IMG/VR virus record: IMGVR_UViG_3300017754_002785
Coordinates: 1 to 28,952 of that record
Length of the DNA stretch: 28,952 bases
Source: a virus
Lineage: Duplodnaviria > Caudoviricetes
Strand: one strand, 5' to 3'
Numbering within the stretch: the stretch's first letter is position 1; each line of letters opens with the position of its first letter. Position numbers and translations under genes: made by a program. Shown one piece after another: positions 15,234-25,100 of this stretch. Below the pieces are notes generated by a model. The model made no database searches. It saw only the letters and a list, made by a program, of their open reading frames with translations, and was not told the DNA's origin.

Positions 15234-15437
15234 ATGAACACAAAGAACGTCAGATTCAAACTACTGGCTAGCCCGCTGCACAATCTGGGCTATTGGCTGG
15301 CCAAGGCCTGCACGCACCGGACGAACGCTCTCTATTCCACGGGCTGGGAGAAGGAGGAGGAGCGCAAGTCGATGCGGATGGCCGCTCGGCACGTTTCCCG
15401 TTGCCTGAAGACCGCAAAAGCGGAGGGGCTGCTGTGA
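15234..15437 (+). CDS. Hypothetical protein
   Basis: 67 aa. Its stop has a GTGA overlap with the next ORF. Confidence 0.6.
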   Translation: MNTKNVRFKLLASPLHNLGYWLAKACTHRTNALYSTGWEKEEERKSMRMAARHVSRCLKTAKAEGLL

Positions 15438-15532
15438 TCGTCCTTCTCTGCCTGCTTGCGTTCGCCATTGGGGTGAACGTGGGCGTCATCATTCAAAGCG
15501 AATCTGGTCCTGACAACAACGACTATGACTGA
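15434..15532 (+). CDS. Very small membrane peptide
   Basis: 32 aa (MIVLLCLLAFAIGVNVGVIIQSESGPDNNDYD). It overlaps both neighbours in a coupled way. Confidence 0.45.
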   Translation: MIVLLCLLAFAIGVNVGVIIQSESGPDNNDYD

Positions 15533-15911
15533 CACACCAAGAACGGAAGCGGCCAAGCTGGAGGTGCTGCAAGTGGGACGCCCCGCACGGGTGAAGGCCT
15601 CCTTTGCGGAGGAGCTGGAGCGTGAGAACGACGAGCTCCACATAGCCGTAAATGTGGCAAGAGACCTCATCAAAACACTTCAGGGCGAGAATCAGATTCT
15701 CCGCGAGGAGCTTGAGCAGCAGGCCATCTGCAATGGGGCAGGGGCCTCGCGGGAGCTGTCCTTGCGGGCCACCATTGACGCCCTTCAGAAGGAGCTCTGC
15801 GTGCTGCGGGAGCGCATCGTGAAGGAGGGCTACATCGTCACCAACTTTGATGGGACGATTGAGCTGGCCATCGACCCGTGGCATAAGCGGGAGAAGGAGG
15901 TGAAGCCGTGA
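15525..15911 (+). CDS. Coiled-coil hypothetical protein (TPRT...FAEELERE type)
   Basis: 128 aa with a heptad pattern. It is translationally coupled to its neighbours. Confidence 0.7.
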   Translation: MTDTPRTEAAKLEVLQVGRPARVKASFAEELERENDELHIAVNVARDLIKTLQGENQILREELEQQAICNGAGASRELSLRATIDALQKELCVLRERIVKEGYIVTNFDGTIELAIDPWHKREKEVKP

Positions 15912-16123
15912 GCAAAGGACTAGTCCCGAATCGCCGGATACACGTAATTCCGGTCGGCGGAATTGAGCCCATCCACGCAGCATCCGAAAACTGCGAGTGT
16001 CAGCCGTATTGCGAGGAAGGCGGGACGACCGTGCATCACGCTTTTGATGCGCGAGAAGTCCGTGAAAGGCACAATCATCAACGACCCGACGAAAAGTGGG
16101 TATTAGTAACGGAGCTGTCGTGA
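15908..16123 (+). CDS. Small His/Cys-rich hypothetical protein
   Basis: 71 aa with HVIP..H..CECQP..VHHAFDARE, suggesting metal binding. It has GTGA overlaps at both ends. Confidence 0.65.
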   Translation: MSKGLVPNRRIHVIPVGGIEPIHAASENCECQPYCEEGGTTVHHAFDAREVRERHNHQRPDEKWVLVTELS

Positions 16124-16380
16124 AACCAAACGCAATTACAAGCTATCACATTAGTCTCGACGGACTCCCTTATCAAGGCGAGCAAGATGCCGTTGAGCCA
16201 GCGCCGCCACGCAATGCCTATCATTCTCCCATAACTCGAAATAAGATCAAGATTGGGCATCTGCTCGACCAGCCGCTTTTAATTGAAGGAAATCGCAACC
16301 TGCGGAGCCATATCGACAGAATCCTAACTAGATTGAGCGAAGGCCAAAACATTTCAACAATTAAAATCACCAGATTATGA
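16120..16380 (+). CDS. Hypothetical protein
   Basis: 86 aa with a GTGA overlap at the start and an ATGA overlap at the end. Confidence 0.6.
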   Translation: MKPNAITSYHISLDGLPYQGEQDAVEPAPPRNAYHSPITRNKIKIGHLLDQPLLIEGNRNLRSHIDRILTRLSEGQNISTIKITRL

Positions 16381-16727
16381 CCAAAGCTAAAGAAGCGGCG
16401 CTTTTTCTCTCGACTTTCAACTCTTGGAGGCGAGGCAATGACAGTACGGAAGCTTTCGACCCTGCGGAGGTTGGTGCCGCAATCGACGACGCTGTAAACC
16501 TGCTCCGCCGGTACGACGAAATGGAGCGCGAGAACGCCGCGCTGCGGGAAAAGGTAGATGACTGGGAGAATGCGGTAGCGCACGCCCTAGATAATCGGTC
16601 CGAAGAGCAACACTGCACGTGTGTTGCTCCCTTAGTCGGAAAGGTAAAACAACTGGAGCGCGAGAACGTCGTGTTGCACGCTACGCTCTCCGTGTTTGAA
16701 GCCGTAAGCAAGGAGGCACAGTCTTGA
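16377..16727 (+). CDS. Hypothetical coiled-coil protein
   Basis: 116 aa containing FNSWRRG and two EREN motifs. It is coupled to thyX. Confidence 0.65.
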   Translation: MTKAKEAALFLSTFNSWRRGNDSTEAFDPAEVGAAIDDAVNLLRRYDEMERENAALREKVDDWENAVAHALDNRSEEQHCTCVAPLVGKVKQLERENVVLHATLSVFEAVSKEAQS

Positions 16728-17386
16728 ACGCCAAGCTCATCAGCATCACCCAGCCCTGCGCCGACCTGATTCAGCAGGGCATAATCACGGCGGATGACCT
16801 CATCGCCTACTGCGCTCGGGTCAGCAATCCCAGCAACCAGCTCAACACAGAGACGGCTCCTCGCCTCCTCGCCTACTGCATCAGGCACGGCCATTGGTCC
16901 GTGTTTGAGACGGCGAGTATGACGGTTGAGGTGGAGACCAGCCGGGCCATTGCCGCCCAGCTTCTGCGTCATCGCTCGTTCACGTTCCAAGAGTTCAGCC
17001 AGCGCTATGCTACGGCCTCTGAGTTTGAGCCCGTAAAGCTACGCAAGCAGGACACGAAGAACCGGCAGGGCAGCGGCGAGCTGGTCAGCGACTCCCAGCA
17101 ATACGCAGAAGTGGAGGCGTCCATTCAGGACGCGCATCGCACCTACCAATACCTCATCGCCTGTGGCGTTAGCAAAGAAACCGCCAGAATGGTGCTCCCT
17201 CTGTGCACCCGCACTCGGCTGTATATGACCGGCTGTGCTCGTTCTTGGATACACTACTTCGACCAACGCTGCGCGGAGCACACCCAGAAGGAACACCGTG
17301 AGCTGGCCTGCCTCATCCGTGAGGTATTTGCCAAGCAATTCCCCAACGTGTGGAATGCGCTGCAACTAAGGGAGGCCAAGCCTTGA
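16724..17386 (+). CDS. thyX: FAD-dependent thymidylate synthase ThyX
   Basis: Signature RHRSFTFQEFSQRY plus YCARVSNP, HWSVFE, ARMVLP, RSWIHY and TQKEHR. Confidence 0.95.
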   Translation: MNAKLISITQPCADLIQQGIITADDLIAYCARVSNPSNQLNTETAPRLLAYCIRHGHWSVFETASMTVEVETSRAIAAQLLRHRSFTFQEFSQRYATASEFEPVKLRKQDTKNRQGSGELVSDSQQYAEVEASIQDAHRTYQYLIACGVSKETARMVLPLCTRTRLYMTGCARSWIHYFDQRCAEHTQKEHRELACLIREVFAKQFPNVWNALQLREAKP

Positions 17387-17739
17387 GCGAACTGGCCCTT
17401 GCCGCCCTGTTCCAAGCCATCGTGCAGATTGAGAGCGGCGGCAACCTCAAGGCTCGCAACGGGGACGCCTACGGGCCAGCCCAGATCAAGCCTGTCGTGG
17501 TGGAGGACCTGAAGCGTGCAGGCTACGATGTCTCCCTGCGCGAGCGGGGCACGATGGACGGGTCCTTTCGCCTGTTCAAGCTGTACACCCAGCATTGGAT
17601 ACAGCGGCGCAAGCTGAAGGACTCCGCTAGGACCCGGGCGAACATCTGGCGTTATGGCCCGTTCAACGCCAAGACCACGCACAACGACGCCACCTACTAC
17701 TCCAAGCAGGCGGAATTTTTGATGAGCAGGAAAAAATAG
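17383..17739 (+). CDS. Lysozyme-like / lytic transglycosylase-fold protein
   Basis: AIVQIESGG supplies a catalytic Glu-Ser motif, followed by GDAYGPAQI. The TTG start overlaps the thyX stop. Confidence 0.65.
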   Translation: MSELALAALFQAIVQIESGGNLKARNGDAYGPAQIKPVVVEDLKRAGYDVSLRERGTMDGSFRLFKLYTQHWIQRRKLKDSARTRANIWRYGPFNAKTTHNDATYYSKQAEFLMSRKK

Positions 17740-17791
17740 TCTTTACTTCTGACGCTTCCGGCGTCAGCAACGACACGAACACATAACACAT

Positions 17792-18565
17792 ATGAGCGAA
17801 CATTGGTACACACGCGACGGAAAGAGCAGCCACACGCGGCTTACGAAGAAGGGCACGGAAAGGGCCACCACCCTCCGTGACGCACGGGTTGAGGGCTTGC
17901 TGCCCTCGGTCTCCTCCATCCTCAACGAGGCGCACAGCCCTGAGCTGGAGCGCTACAAGCAATCGCGCCTGCTGGACGCCTGCCTGAAGTTCACGCCCGA
18001 CGCCTTCTCGACCACGGAGGAGTGGAAGAAGGCCATCCGCGAGGAGGCTGACCGCGAGATGGTGGAGGCCCAGCAATTCGGCACCGCCTTCCACAAGGCG
18101 ATGGAGACGGGCGAGCAGATTGACGGGATGGATGTCTTGGTCGCCTCCACCAAGGGCGCTATGGATAAGCTGGCCCTCGATGGGCTGGAGATTATTGAGC
18201 AGGAAGTGGTTCTCGTCAGCAAGGATATGGGCTACGCTGGCACCACGGATGTCCGTTACATCCGCAACGCCCGCAATGGCATCCTCGACTTCAAGACCAC
18301 GAAGACCACGGCGGGTGAGCCCGTGCTGCTGAAGATGTCGCACAAGGCCCAGATTGCGGCCTATCACCACGCTGCCTTCCCGTGGCTCAACCCGTGGGAG
18401 CGCGAGGGCATCAACGTCTACGTCAGCAAGACCGAGCCCGGGCGCGTCGATGTCGTCAAGTATACGGCTGAGGAGCTTGAGATTGCGTGGCAATGGTTCG
18501 ACGCCTGTGCCCGCCTGTGGCGCATCCGTCGTGGCTACGACCCGCGCAAGGAGGTGGTGTCTTGA
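17792..18565 (+). CDS. PD-(D/E)XK exonuclease (phage RecB/Cas4-like family)
   Basis: Motifs LPSVSSIL, GTAFH, E..L, GYAGTTD, ILDFKT and QIAAY. Confidence 0.85.
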   Translation: MSEHWYTRDGKSSHTRLTKKGTERATTLRDARVEGLLPSVSSILNEAHSPELERYKQSRLLDACLKFTPDAFSTTEEWKKAIREEADREMVEAQQFGTAFHKAMETGEQIDGMDVLVASTKGAMDKLALDGLEIIEQEVVLVSKDMGYAGTTDVRYIRNARNGILDFKTTKTTAGEPVLLKMSHKAQIAAYHHAAFPWLNPWEREGINVYVSKTEPGRVDVVKYTAEELEIAWQWFDACARLWRIRRGYDPRKEVVS

Positions 18566-19896
18566 GCGCCGACCTTCCGCATTCCGAGGAGGGTGAGCGC
18601 ATCATCCTCTCCTGCATCCTTCTCGATGGCCCGCCTTCCTTGGCCAAGGCCATTGACGGGCGCATCGACGAGGGCTGCTTCTACCTGCCCCAGCACCGCA
18701 AGCTGTGGCGTGCCATCCAATGGCAGCACAAGAACAACCATCCGCTTGAGCTTCACGCCTTGGCTGAGGAGCTGAAGAAGATGGGCAAGCTCGACGAAGT
18801 GGGCGGCATCCCGGGCCTCGTGGAGATGACGCAGCTCGTCTGCACCACGGCCCAGCTCAACCATTGGATTGATGTTGTGCGCCAGCACTACGTGATGCGT
18901 GAGCTGCACTCTACCTGCACCCGGATGGCTGAGAAGACGCTGGCCCATAGCGGCGGGGTGGAACCGTTCGTGCTGGAAGTGAATAACCTCCTGACAAAGC
19001 ATCACGCTGGCACCAAGCAAGTGACGCTGGCCGACGCCTCGGACGAGGCCATTGCCCTCATCGGGCGCATTCAGGACGGCACGTACACGGACAAGGACAC
19101 GGGCATCGACTTCCCGTGGCCCGAGTGGAACCGGCGCTTCGGCCTAGCCAAGCCCGGTGAGCTCATCATCCTGTCCGCCCGCCCGGGTATGGGCAAGAGT
19201 AGTTGCTGCCGCCAGATTGCCCAGCATTGGTGCAAGCAGGGCAAGGTGTTGCTGTTCAGCCGCGAGATGCCCGTCAAGCAGATGGCCCCGCTGTTCGCTC
19301 AGACCACCACGGGCATCAGCTTCCGCGACATCCTCGCTGGTCGCTCGACGATGGACGACATCGAAACCTTCAAGCGTGAGCTTGGCAAGGTGAGGGCGCT
19401 TCCCATCGAAATCTACGATCAGGACCGGACGCTCAGCCACATCGTCACCCGGGCCAAGGCCTTCGCTCAGGTGAGCAAGCCCAAGGCCATCTGCGTTGAC
19501 TACCTCCAGCGGTATGACGCCCAGCAGGAGCGCGGGGAAACCCGCGATATGGCCCTTGGTCGCTTCACGATGGCGATGAAGGACCTAGCCATCGAGCTAC
19601 AGGTGCCTGTGGTCCTGCTGGCCCAGCTAGGCCGCAGCGTGGAACGCGAGAACCGCGAGCCCCGGATGTCTGACCTCCGCGAGAGTGGTAATCTGGAACA
19701 GGACGCCGACCGCATCATCTTCCTGAACGCGCCGGACCACCGGCCTGACGGGGTAATGCAGCAGCTCACGGATAATGACTTGCGTTTCATCTACGTGGAC
19801 GCCATCCAAGCCAAGGGTCGCAGCGACGGCACGGGCCGTTGCGGAATGATGTTCGACCGTCCCATCACCAAGCTAATGTCCCACCAGCCCGCCTGA
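18562..19896 (+). CDS. dnaB: Replicative DnaB-like helicase
   Basis: N-terminal domain LPHSEEGERIILSCIL, Walker A ARPGMGKS, FSREM, VDYLQ, LAQLGR and SDLRESGNLEQDAD. Confidence 0.93.
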   Translation: MSADLPHSEEGERIILSCILLDGPPSLAKAIDGRIDEGCFYLPQHRKLWRAIQWQHKNNHPLELHALAEELKKMGKLDEVGGIPGLVEMTQLVCTTAQLNHWIDVVRQHYVMRELHSTCTRMAEKTLAHSGGVEPFVLEVNNLLTKHHAGTKQVTLADASDEAIALIGRIQDGTYTDKDTGIDFPWPEWNRRFGLAKPGELIILSARPGMGKSSCCRQIAQHWCKQGKVLLFSREMPVKQMAPLFAQTTTGISFRDILAGRSTMDDIETFKRELGKVRALPIEIYDQDRTLSHIVTRAKAFAQVSKPKAICVDYLQRYDAQQERGETRDMALGRFTMAMKDLAIELQVPVVLLAQLGRSVERENREPRMSDLRESGNLEQDADRIIFLNAPDHRPDGVMQQLTDNDLRFIYVDAIQAKGRSDGTGRCGMMFDRPITKLMSHQPA

Positions 19897-20195
19897 TGAA
19901 CTCTGAAAACCTTTCCGAAAAGTCCCTTGAACTCATCCTCGGGGACCGCAACGACTCCTACGGCACGCCCGCCGACGACTTCAACGGCATTGCCCTCATC
20001 TGGAGTGGCATCCTCAACCAGAAGCTCAAGGACGAGATTACTGGTGAGGATGTCGCCCTTATGATGGTAGGCCTCAAGCTGCGCCGCGAGGCCCACAGGG
20101 CCAAGGAAGACAACCTCGTGGACGCCCACGGCTACCTTCATTGCCTGCAATGGCTACGCACCGGCCTGCGTCCGGCACGGGGGTACGAGCAATGA
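19896..20195 (+). CDS. DUF6378-like phage protein
   Basis: Pattern GDRNDSYG.P...F..IA..WS...DVALMMVGLK..R.....DNLVDAHGY. Confidence 0.75.
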   Translation: MNSENLSEKSLELILGDRNDSYGTPADDFNGIALIWSGILNQKLKDEITGEDVALMMVGLKLRREAHRAKEDNLVDAHGYLHCLQWLRTGLRPARGYEQ

Positions 20196-20539
20196 GCTTC
20201 GGATTCGACGTATCTGAGACGATGCGGTCCATCCGCACCATCTTGGAGAGGCACACCAAGAATATGGATTGGAACGAGGCGCTGCCCGACGAGAAGCAGA
20301 AGGACCGTACATTCCGGCGCATCACCGATCCAGAGATCATCATCGCCATCGACAAGGCCATCAGGGAGCCCGGTGCCCAGAACCAGCTTGTGGCCGAGAA
20401 GTATGGCGTCAGCCGCACCACGGTGTCCAACATCCGCAGGCGAGGGTCCCAGTATAAGGGGATGCCTGAGACCGAGGCTGGCATCCGCAAGTGGCTGAAG
20501 GCCAAGGATAAGAAATACCGTGAGAGGGGCAAAGTCTGA
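20192..20539 (+). CDS. HTH DNA-binding protein
   Basis: NQLVAEKYGVSRTTVSNIRR is a helix-turn-helix motif. Confidence 0.7.
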   Translation: MSFGFDVSETMRSIRTILERHTKNMDWNEALPDEKQKDRTFRRITDPEIIIAIDKAIREPGAQNQLVAEKYGVSRTTVSNIRRRGSQYKGMPETEAGIRKWLKAKDKKYRERGKV

Positions 20540-21038
20540 ACTAACTAGGGCTGGCGGCAAATGGACAGAGGCACGCTATTGGTCGTTCTTGCGAAGCGCC
20601 TTACGGCGTGCCTTTGTTCGCTGGCCCGTAAACTACGACGCTCGAAACGGCTCCCGCAGGCCATACGTGGGCCCGTCCAAGCAGCAGAAGTGGGAATACG
20701 AGTGTTCGATATGCAAAGGCTGGTTTCCAATGAAGGCGACACAGTTGGACCACGTAAACCCGTGTGGGCGCTTGACAAGTCTCTCCGACCTCCCGGGTTT
20801 TGTGGAGAGGCTTTTCTGCGAAAGAGAGGGGCTCAGGGTGCTGTGCAAGCCGTGCCACCAAGAGGTGACCAATGCAGCTAGACATCTTCGGACAGAAGGA
20901 GGAGGCGCCCAAGCCATCCCCGAAGGAAATCCCGAAGCTTCCCCCGAAGCTCCACCACCTAAGCGCCCTGCAAAACGCAGAAGAGTGGATGTTCCAAAAG
21001 GCCCGGCCTTACACGGTAAGGAAGTTCGGACCGAATAA
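20520..21038 (+). CDS. HNH endonuclease
   Basis: FLRSALRR...YECSIC...QLDHVNP...LRVLCKPCH gives a CxxC pair plus the HNH core. Confidence 0.8.
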   Translation: MRGAKSELTRAGGKWTEARYWSFLRSALRRAFVRWPVNYDARNGSRRPYVGPSKQQKWEYECSICKGWFPMKATQLDHVNPCGRLTSLSDLPGFVERLFCEREGLRVLCKPCHQEVTNAARHLRTEGGGAQAIPEGNPEASPEAPPPKRPAKRRRVDVPKGPALHGKEVRTE

Positions 21039-21060
21039 GACGCTCATCGAGAATCTATGA
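20872..21060 (+). CDS. Small hypothetical protein overlapping the HNH C-terminal tail
   Basis: 62 aa starting MQLDIFG. Its stop overlaps the phosphoesterase start as ATGA. Confidence 0.55.
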   Translation: MQLDIFGQKEEAPKPSPKEIPKLPPKLHHLSALQNAEEWMFQKARPYTVRKFGPNKTLIENL

Positions 21061-21923
21061 AGACCACCGGCCTGTTCACCACGCACAAAGTAGCCATCAA
21101 GCAAGCCTCCGACAGGCCGATAAAGATCATCCCCTTTGGGGACGTACATCGTGATAGTGATATGCATTGCGGCACGAAGTGGCGGGAGTTTCTGGCCTAC
21201 GCCAAGAGCCAGAAGGACGCCTACTTCATCGGGATGGGGGACTACTTCGATGGGATGTCCACCTCGGAGCGGGAGGGGCTGAGCCGCAGCAGCCTGCACA
21301 ACACCACGATCAAGAACATCGAGAAGCTCTACAGCGAGTGGATTGATCGGATGAGCAAGGAGCTGGCGTTTATGAAGGGCCGCATCATCGGGATGCTGGG
21401 CGGCAACCACTTCTTCGCCTTCAACAGCGGGATGAGCAGCGACACGATTCTATGCCAGAACTTGGAAGCCCGCTTCCTAGGCGTCTGCTCCTTCATCCGC
21501 CTGAGCATTCAAACGCAGACCAAGAGTAGGGGTAGGTCTGCCTGCTTCGACATCTTTGCCCATCACGGGGCAGGGGGAGGGAGTACTCCGGGCGCTACGT
21601 TTAACACCATCGAGAAGATGCAGCAAACTGCCGATGCCGACCTCTATTTGATGGGCCACGACCACAAGAAGGGGTGCATTCCTTCATTTCCTAGGCTTCG
21701 TTTGGCAGAGGGGAAGGGGAGCCTCACCATACGGGAAAGAACCCCTTGGCTGGGACGCACGGGCAGTTTCCTGAAGGCCTACGAGGACGGCACGGTGAGC
21801 TACAACGTGGATGCCGCCCGCTCAGCCTGTGCCCTTGGCTGGATTGAGTTCGACGTTGCCGTCAAGCGGATATCTGGAGGCGGCAATGACCATCTGGAGG
21901 TGTCCGTCCGTGGGACCTGCTGA
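21057..21923 (+). CDS. Calcineurin-like metallophosphoesterase
   Basis: Metal-binding motifs GDVH, GDYFD, GNH, HHG and GHDH. Confidence 0.88.
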   Translation: MKTTGLFTTHKVAIKQASDRPIKIIPFGDVHRDSDMHCGTKWREFLAYAKSQKDAYFIGMGDYFDGMSTSEREGLSRSSLHNTTIKNIEKLYSEWIDRMSKELAFMKGRIIGMLGGNHFFAFNSGMSSDTILCQNLEARFLGVCSFIRLSIQTQTKSRGRSACFDIFAHHGAGGGSTPGATFNTIEKMQQTADADLYLMGHDHKKGCIPSFPRLRLAEGKGSLTIRERTPWLGRTGSFLKAYEDGTVSYNVDAARSACALGWIEFDVAVKRISGGGNDHLEVSVRGTC

Positions 21924-22179
21924 GGACAAGGGCAGCCCCCTGTTCCGCCTTACAGGGGTGATGGAGACGGTCCTTACTACGGACGGCAGCGGAGGCTACG
22001 CCAAGTGGTATCCCGGCAAGAACTGCTTCGTTGTCACCAGCCAAGCCCCCCGCACGGATGGCGGCTACTACCTGCGCTGCGAGGTAGTGGGAGGGCCTGA
22101 ATGCGGCAGGCCATTCCTCATCGACTGTGAATGGGACTGTCCCGAGGAGTGGGACAAGATGTGTACGTGGGCGGGCTAG
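21910..22179 (+). CDS. Hypothetical protein (start uncertain)
   Basis: Last ORF of the + module. Its stop overlaps the convergent stop of the large virion protein at CTAG. Confidence 0.5.
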   Translation: MGPAEDKGSPLFRLTGVMETVLTTDGSGGYAKWYPGKNCFVVTSQAPRTDGGYYLRCEVVGGPECGRPFLIDCEWDCPEEWDKMCTWAG

Positions 22180-25100
22180 CGCGAAGTAAACCCGTTGCGT
22201 ATCTGATACTGCACCTCTGGGGTGAGCACGCCATCCCGGCGTAGGCGCTGCACAAACTTGGCCGCAGCATCCTCCCCCCCCTGCTGCCGCAGGGCCTGCG
22301 TGGCCTGACCAATGGCCCGAGCCCGCTCCCCTGACTGAACAGGCAACTTGGCAAAGATGTCCGATAGGGGAGCCTTGTTCCGAAGGTCTTCCCGCAGGCC
22401 AGAACTCATAGCCTCGTACAGCCCCTTGCGCCTCACCCTATTGTCCCCAGCCATCTGGAACAACTCCTTCTCTATCTTGGACTTCCGCATCGGGTCTCCC
22501 TTGTACTTCTCCTTCAGGCGATCCACGATTTCGGAATCGCTCTCCTCGATGCCTCGGGGCATCGGCTCCGTGTAACCAATGGCAGCGGCAGCAATGAGGC
22601 GACTGGGCACACCTGCTTCCTCCATAATCGCTATGGCCTTGGCGTCCCCATCCTTGCCTGAACGCCTCACGGCAGAAAGGTAGAGATCGCGGAGCTGGCG
22701 TTGGGCCGTAGCATAACGGGCCGAGCTCTCCTGATAGAGGAGGGCTTCGTTCACGTTGTCGTAGGCGCCCGTCTCTCGGTTGATGCGGTCACGAATGATG
22801 CGGCGGTAGCCTTGAAGCTCGCCCGCAATCGGGGTGACGGCATCCTTGAAGGCAGGCAGCATCGCCTTGTCGTATTGCAGGGTGGTGGTGCGGATGCCTG
22901 CAAGGCGACGGGCAACGTCCTTCTCCGTGAACACCGTGCCCATCGGGCTGACGACATCGCGGGAGGCTTTCTCCGCACGGGCAAGGGTGCCAGCAAAAAA
23001 CTGAGGCAGGAAGGCGCGACTGGCGAAGCGCTCAAATAGGGCCACCTTGTCGTTGGTGGGGCTGATCTCGCTGTTGCTGCCGTAGTACTTGTTGGTAATC
23101 ATCTCGATAGCTGGTGTGGCCAGCGGACCGAGATCGTCACCAAAGATGATGCTCTTGGCGTAGGGCAGGGGGTTCTCTCCGCGAAAGGCCTGCGCCAAGA
23201 CGTTGCTCATATTGGCGTAGGGCATCACGTAGTTCATCGGGAAGTAGGCAAACTCGCCCTTTTCTCGATTGGTGTAGAAGAAGGCGTTGGCCTTGTTCCG
23301 GTCGAAGCTCGGGATGGCCTTGGCCAAGTCCTTCTCCTCGTCTTCAAGGATGCCCTGTGAGCGATTGAACAGGGTGACGGCAGCAGCCGTGCCAGCGGCT
23401 ACGCTACCCATCGACGCCAGCCGCTTGAGGCCGATGAGCTGCATCGCCTGATTACCCGTCTGGGACCCCTCCTGAATCAGCTTCACGGCATATCTCACCT
23501 GCTTCACAGCGGTGCGAGCCACCTCAAACTCAAAGGCACCGAAGTTATTGGCCAGCGTGAGGGCGGAGGCCTGACGCAGGCGCCGTGGCACCATCTCCTG
23601 CGTGACGAAATCGTCCATCGTCTGGCGTGCTGCCATCCGCTTCATCGCGTCCAGAGGGATGCCCGTGCTGCCATACATCTGCTTTACCTCCGTCAGATTG
23701 CCACGGTAGATGGCGTAACGGGCGGCAACGTCGGCAAAGCCGTAAATCTTGCTGAACTTGTCCAGCACCTTGGAGGCATCCTTCTCCCGTGCCGCCATCG
23801 ACATAAAGCTGCGAAGTTCCTCGCTGTCGGTGCCTCCACGAAGAACGCCCAAGGCACGCAGCTCCTTCAGTTCTTCAATAATCTTCAGGTTCCTTGCAGG
23901 GTCGCCTCCGGTCCAGCCTAGGTCGCGCATCGCCATCTTCACGCCCATCGCCAGATTGCTGATGTTGATCTTGCCTGAGGTGGCGGCCAGCAGGAGATTG
24001 CCAAGCGCCTGCGGGGCCAGCGCTTCTGGCAGGTTGCCCACGGTCTTCATCGCCTTGGACAACGTAGCCGCCTTCATAAAGTTGGCCATCACCGGACCGT
24101 CGCCAAACAGGTTGGGGCTCATCACCTCGCCCAGCGCCTTGGCAAACTGCTCAGGCACGTAAATATTGGCTAGCTTCTCCCCGATGATCGGCCTGTCTCC
24201 AAAACTCATCTTTACGAGACCCTTTTGCGTTCCCGGTGTAGTCGTACCAATGCCAGAGTTGATGATGAAGGCGGCCATCTCATCGTCATACTTAGCGTGT
24301 ACCACCAAGCGCGACTGAGCGCTCAGGGTAGACTTCATCACCATAAACGGGTCCTTCACCTCACCCAACCACTCGCGTGCAAGAGGGGAAAGTTCGTGGC
24401 GACTCATCAGCGGAGAGCCCACATTGGTCCCCGTCTTGACGCCCACCTTGCCGCTGGCGGCATAGTAGACATCGTTCATCATCCGATGCATCGTGGCCGA
24501 TGCAGCCACCTCGGCGTCCGCCATCGTGAAATACGGAACACCGGCCCCTTGTTTGGGGTTCCTCATAACCATTGCCCCAGATGGGGCATTCGACCCAGCG
24601 CCTTGGGCCTGTCTCAACCAGTTGTCATAAATCTGCTGTGATAGCTCCTTGTGGTAGGCCTCTCGAACATCGTCCCTGTCGTAGTCTACGCCTCGCTTGG
24701 CGTTTGGGTCGTGAGCCGCATAGCTTCGACGGAGATAGGACTCCTCGATTGTCTTTCGATCAATCGTCTCCCGAACGTCGGGGGCTAGGTTGTCGTAGTT
24801 ATCCAGAATGTACTTGGAGTACTCTGCACGACTTTGACGCCATTTCTGGACGAAGGGGGCCACCGGCGTCGGGAGGATGCCGTAGCTCGCCCTTCCTTCC
24901 ATAACGCTGAGGAGGTCTGCATCGGTCACCTGTGCCGCCGGATTGGCCTTGTTCCACTTCTCCGCTTCTCGCTTGGCCATCGTTGCCAGATCAACGGCAT
25001 TGTCCTCTAGGGCCTTGGCCGTATTGATGCGCTCCACCGATTGCGTCTTCACCTCGCCTCCCACCACACGCTCGGGGGACACGGCCCGATTGAGGGCGTC

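Noticed and set aside
17749-17767. Hairpin CTGACGC-ttccg-GCGTCAG before the exonuclease
   Set aside because: It is a real inverted repeat but has no U-tract and no second copy, so no function can be supported.
17792-18565. CRISPR-associated Cas4
   Set aside because: There is no array or other cas gene, and it lacks the Cys cluster. It is a standard phage PD-(D/E)XK nuclease.
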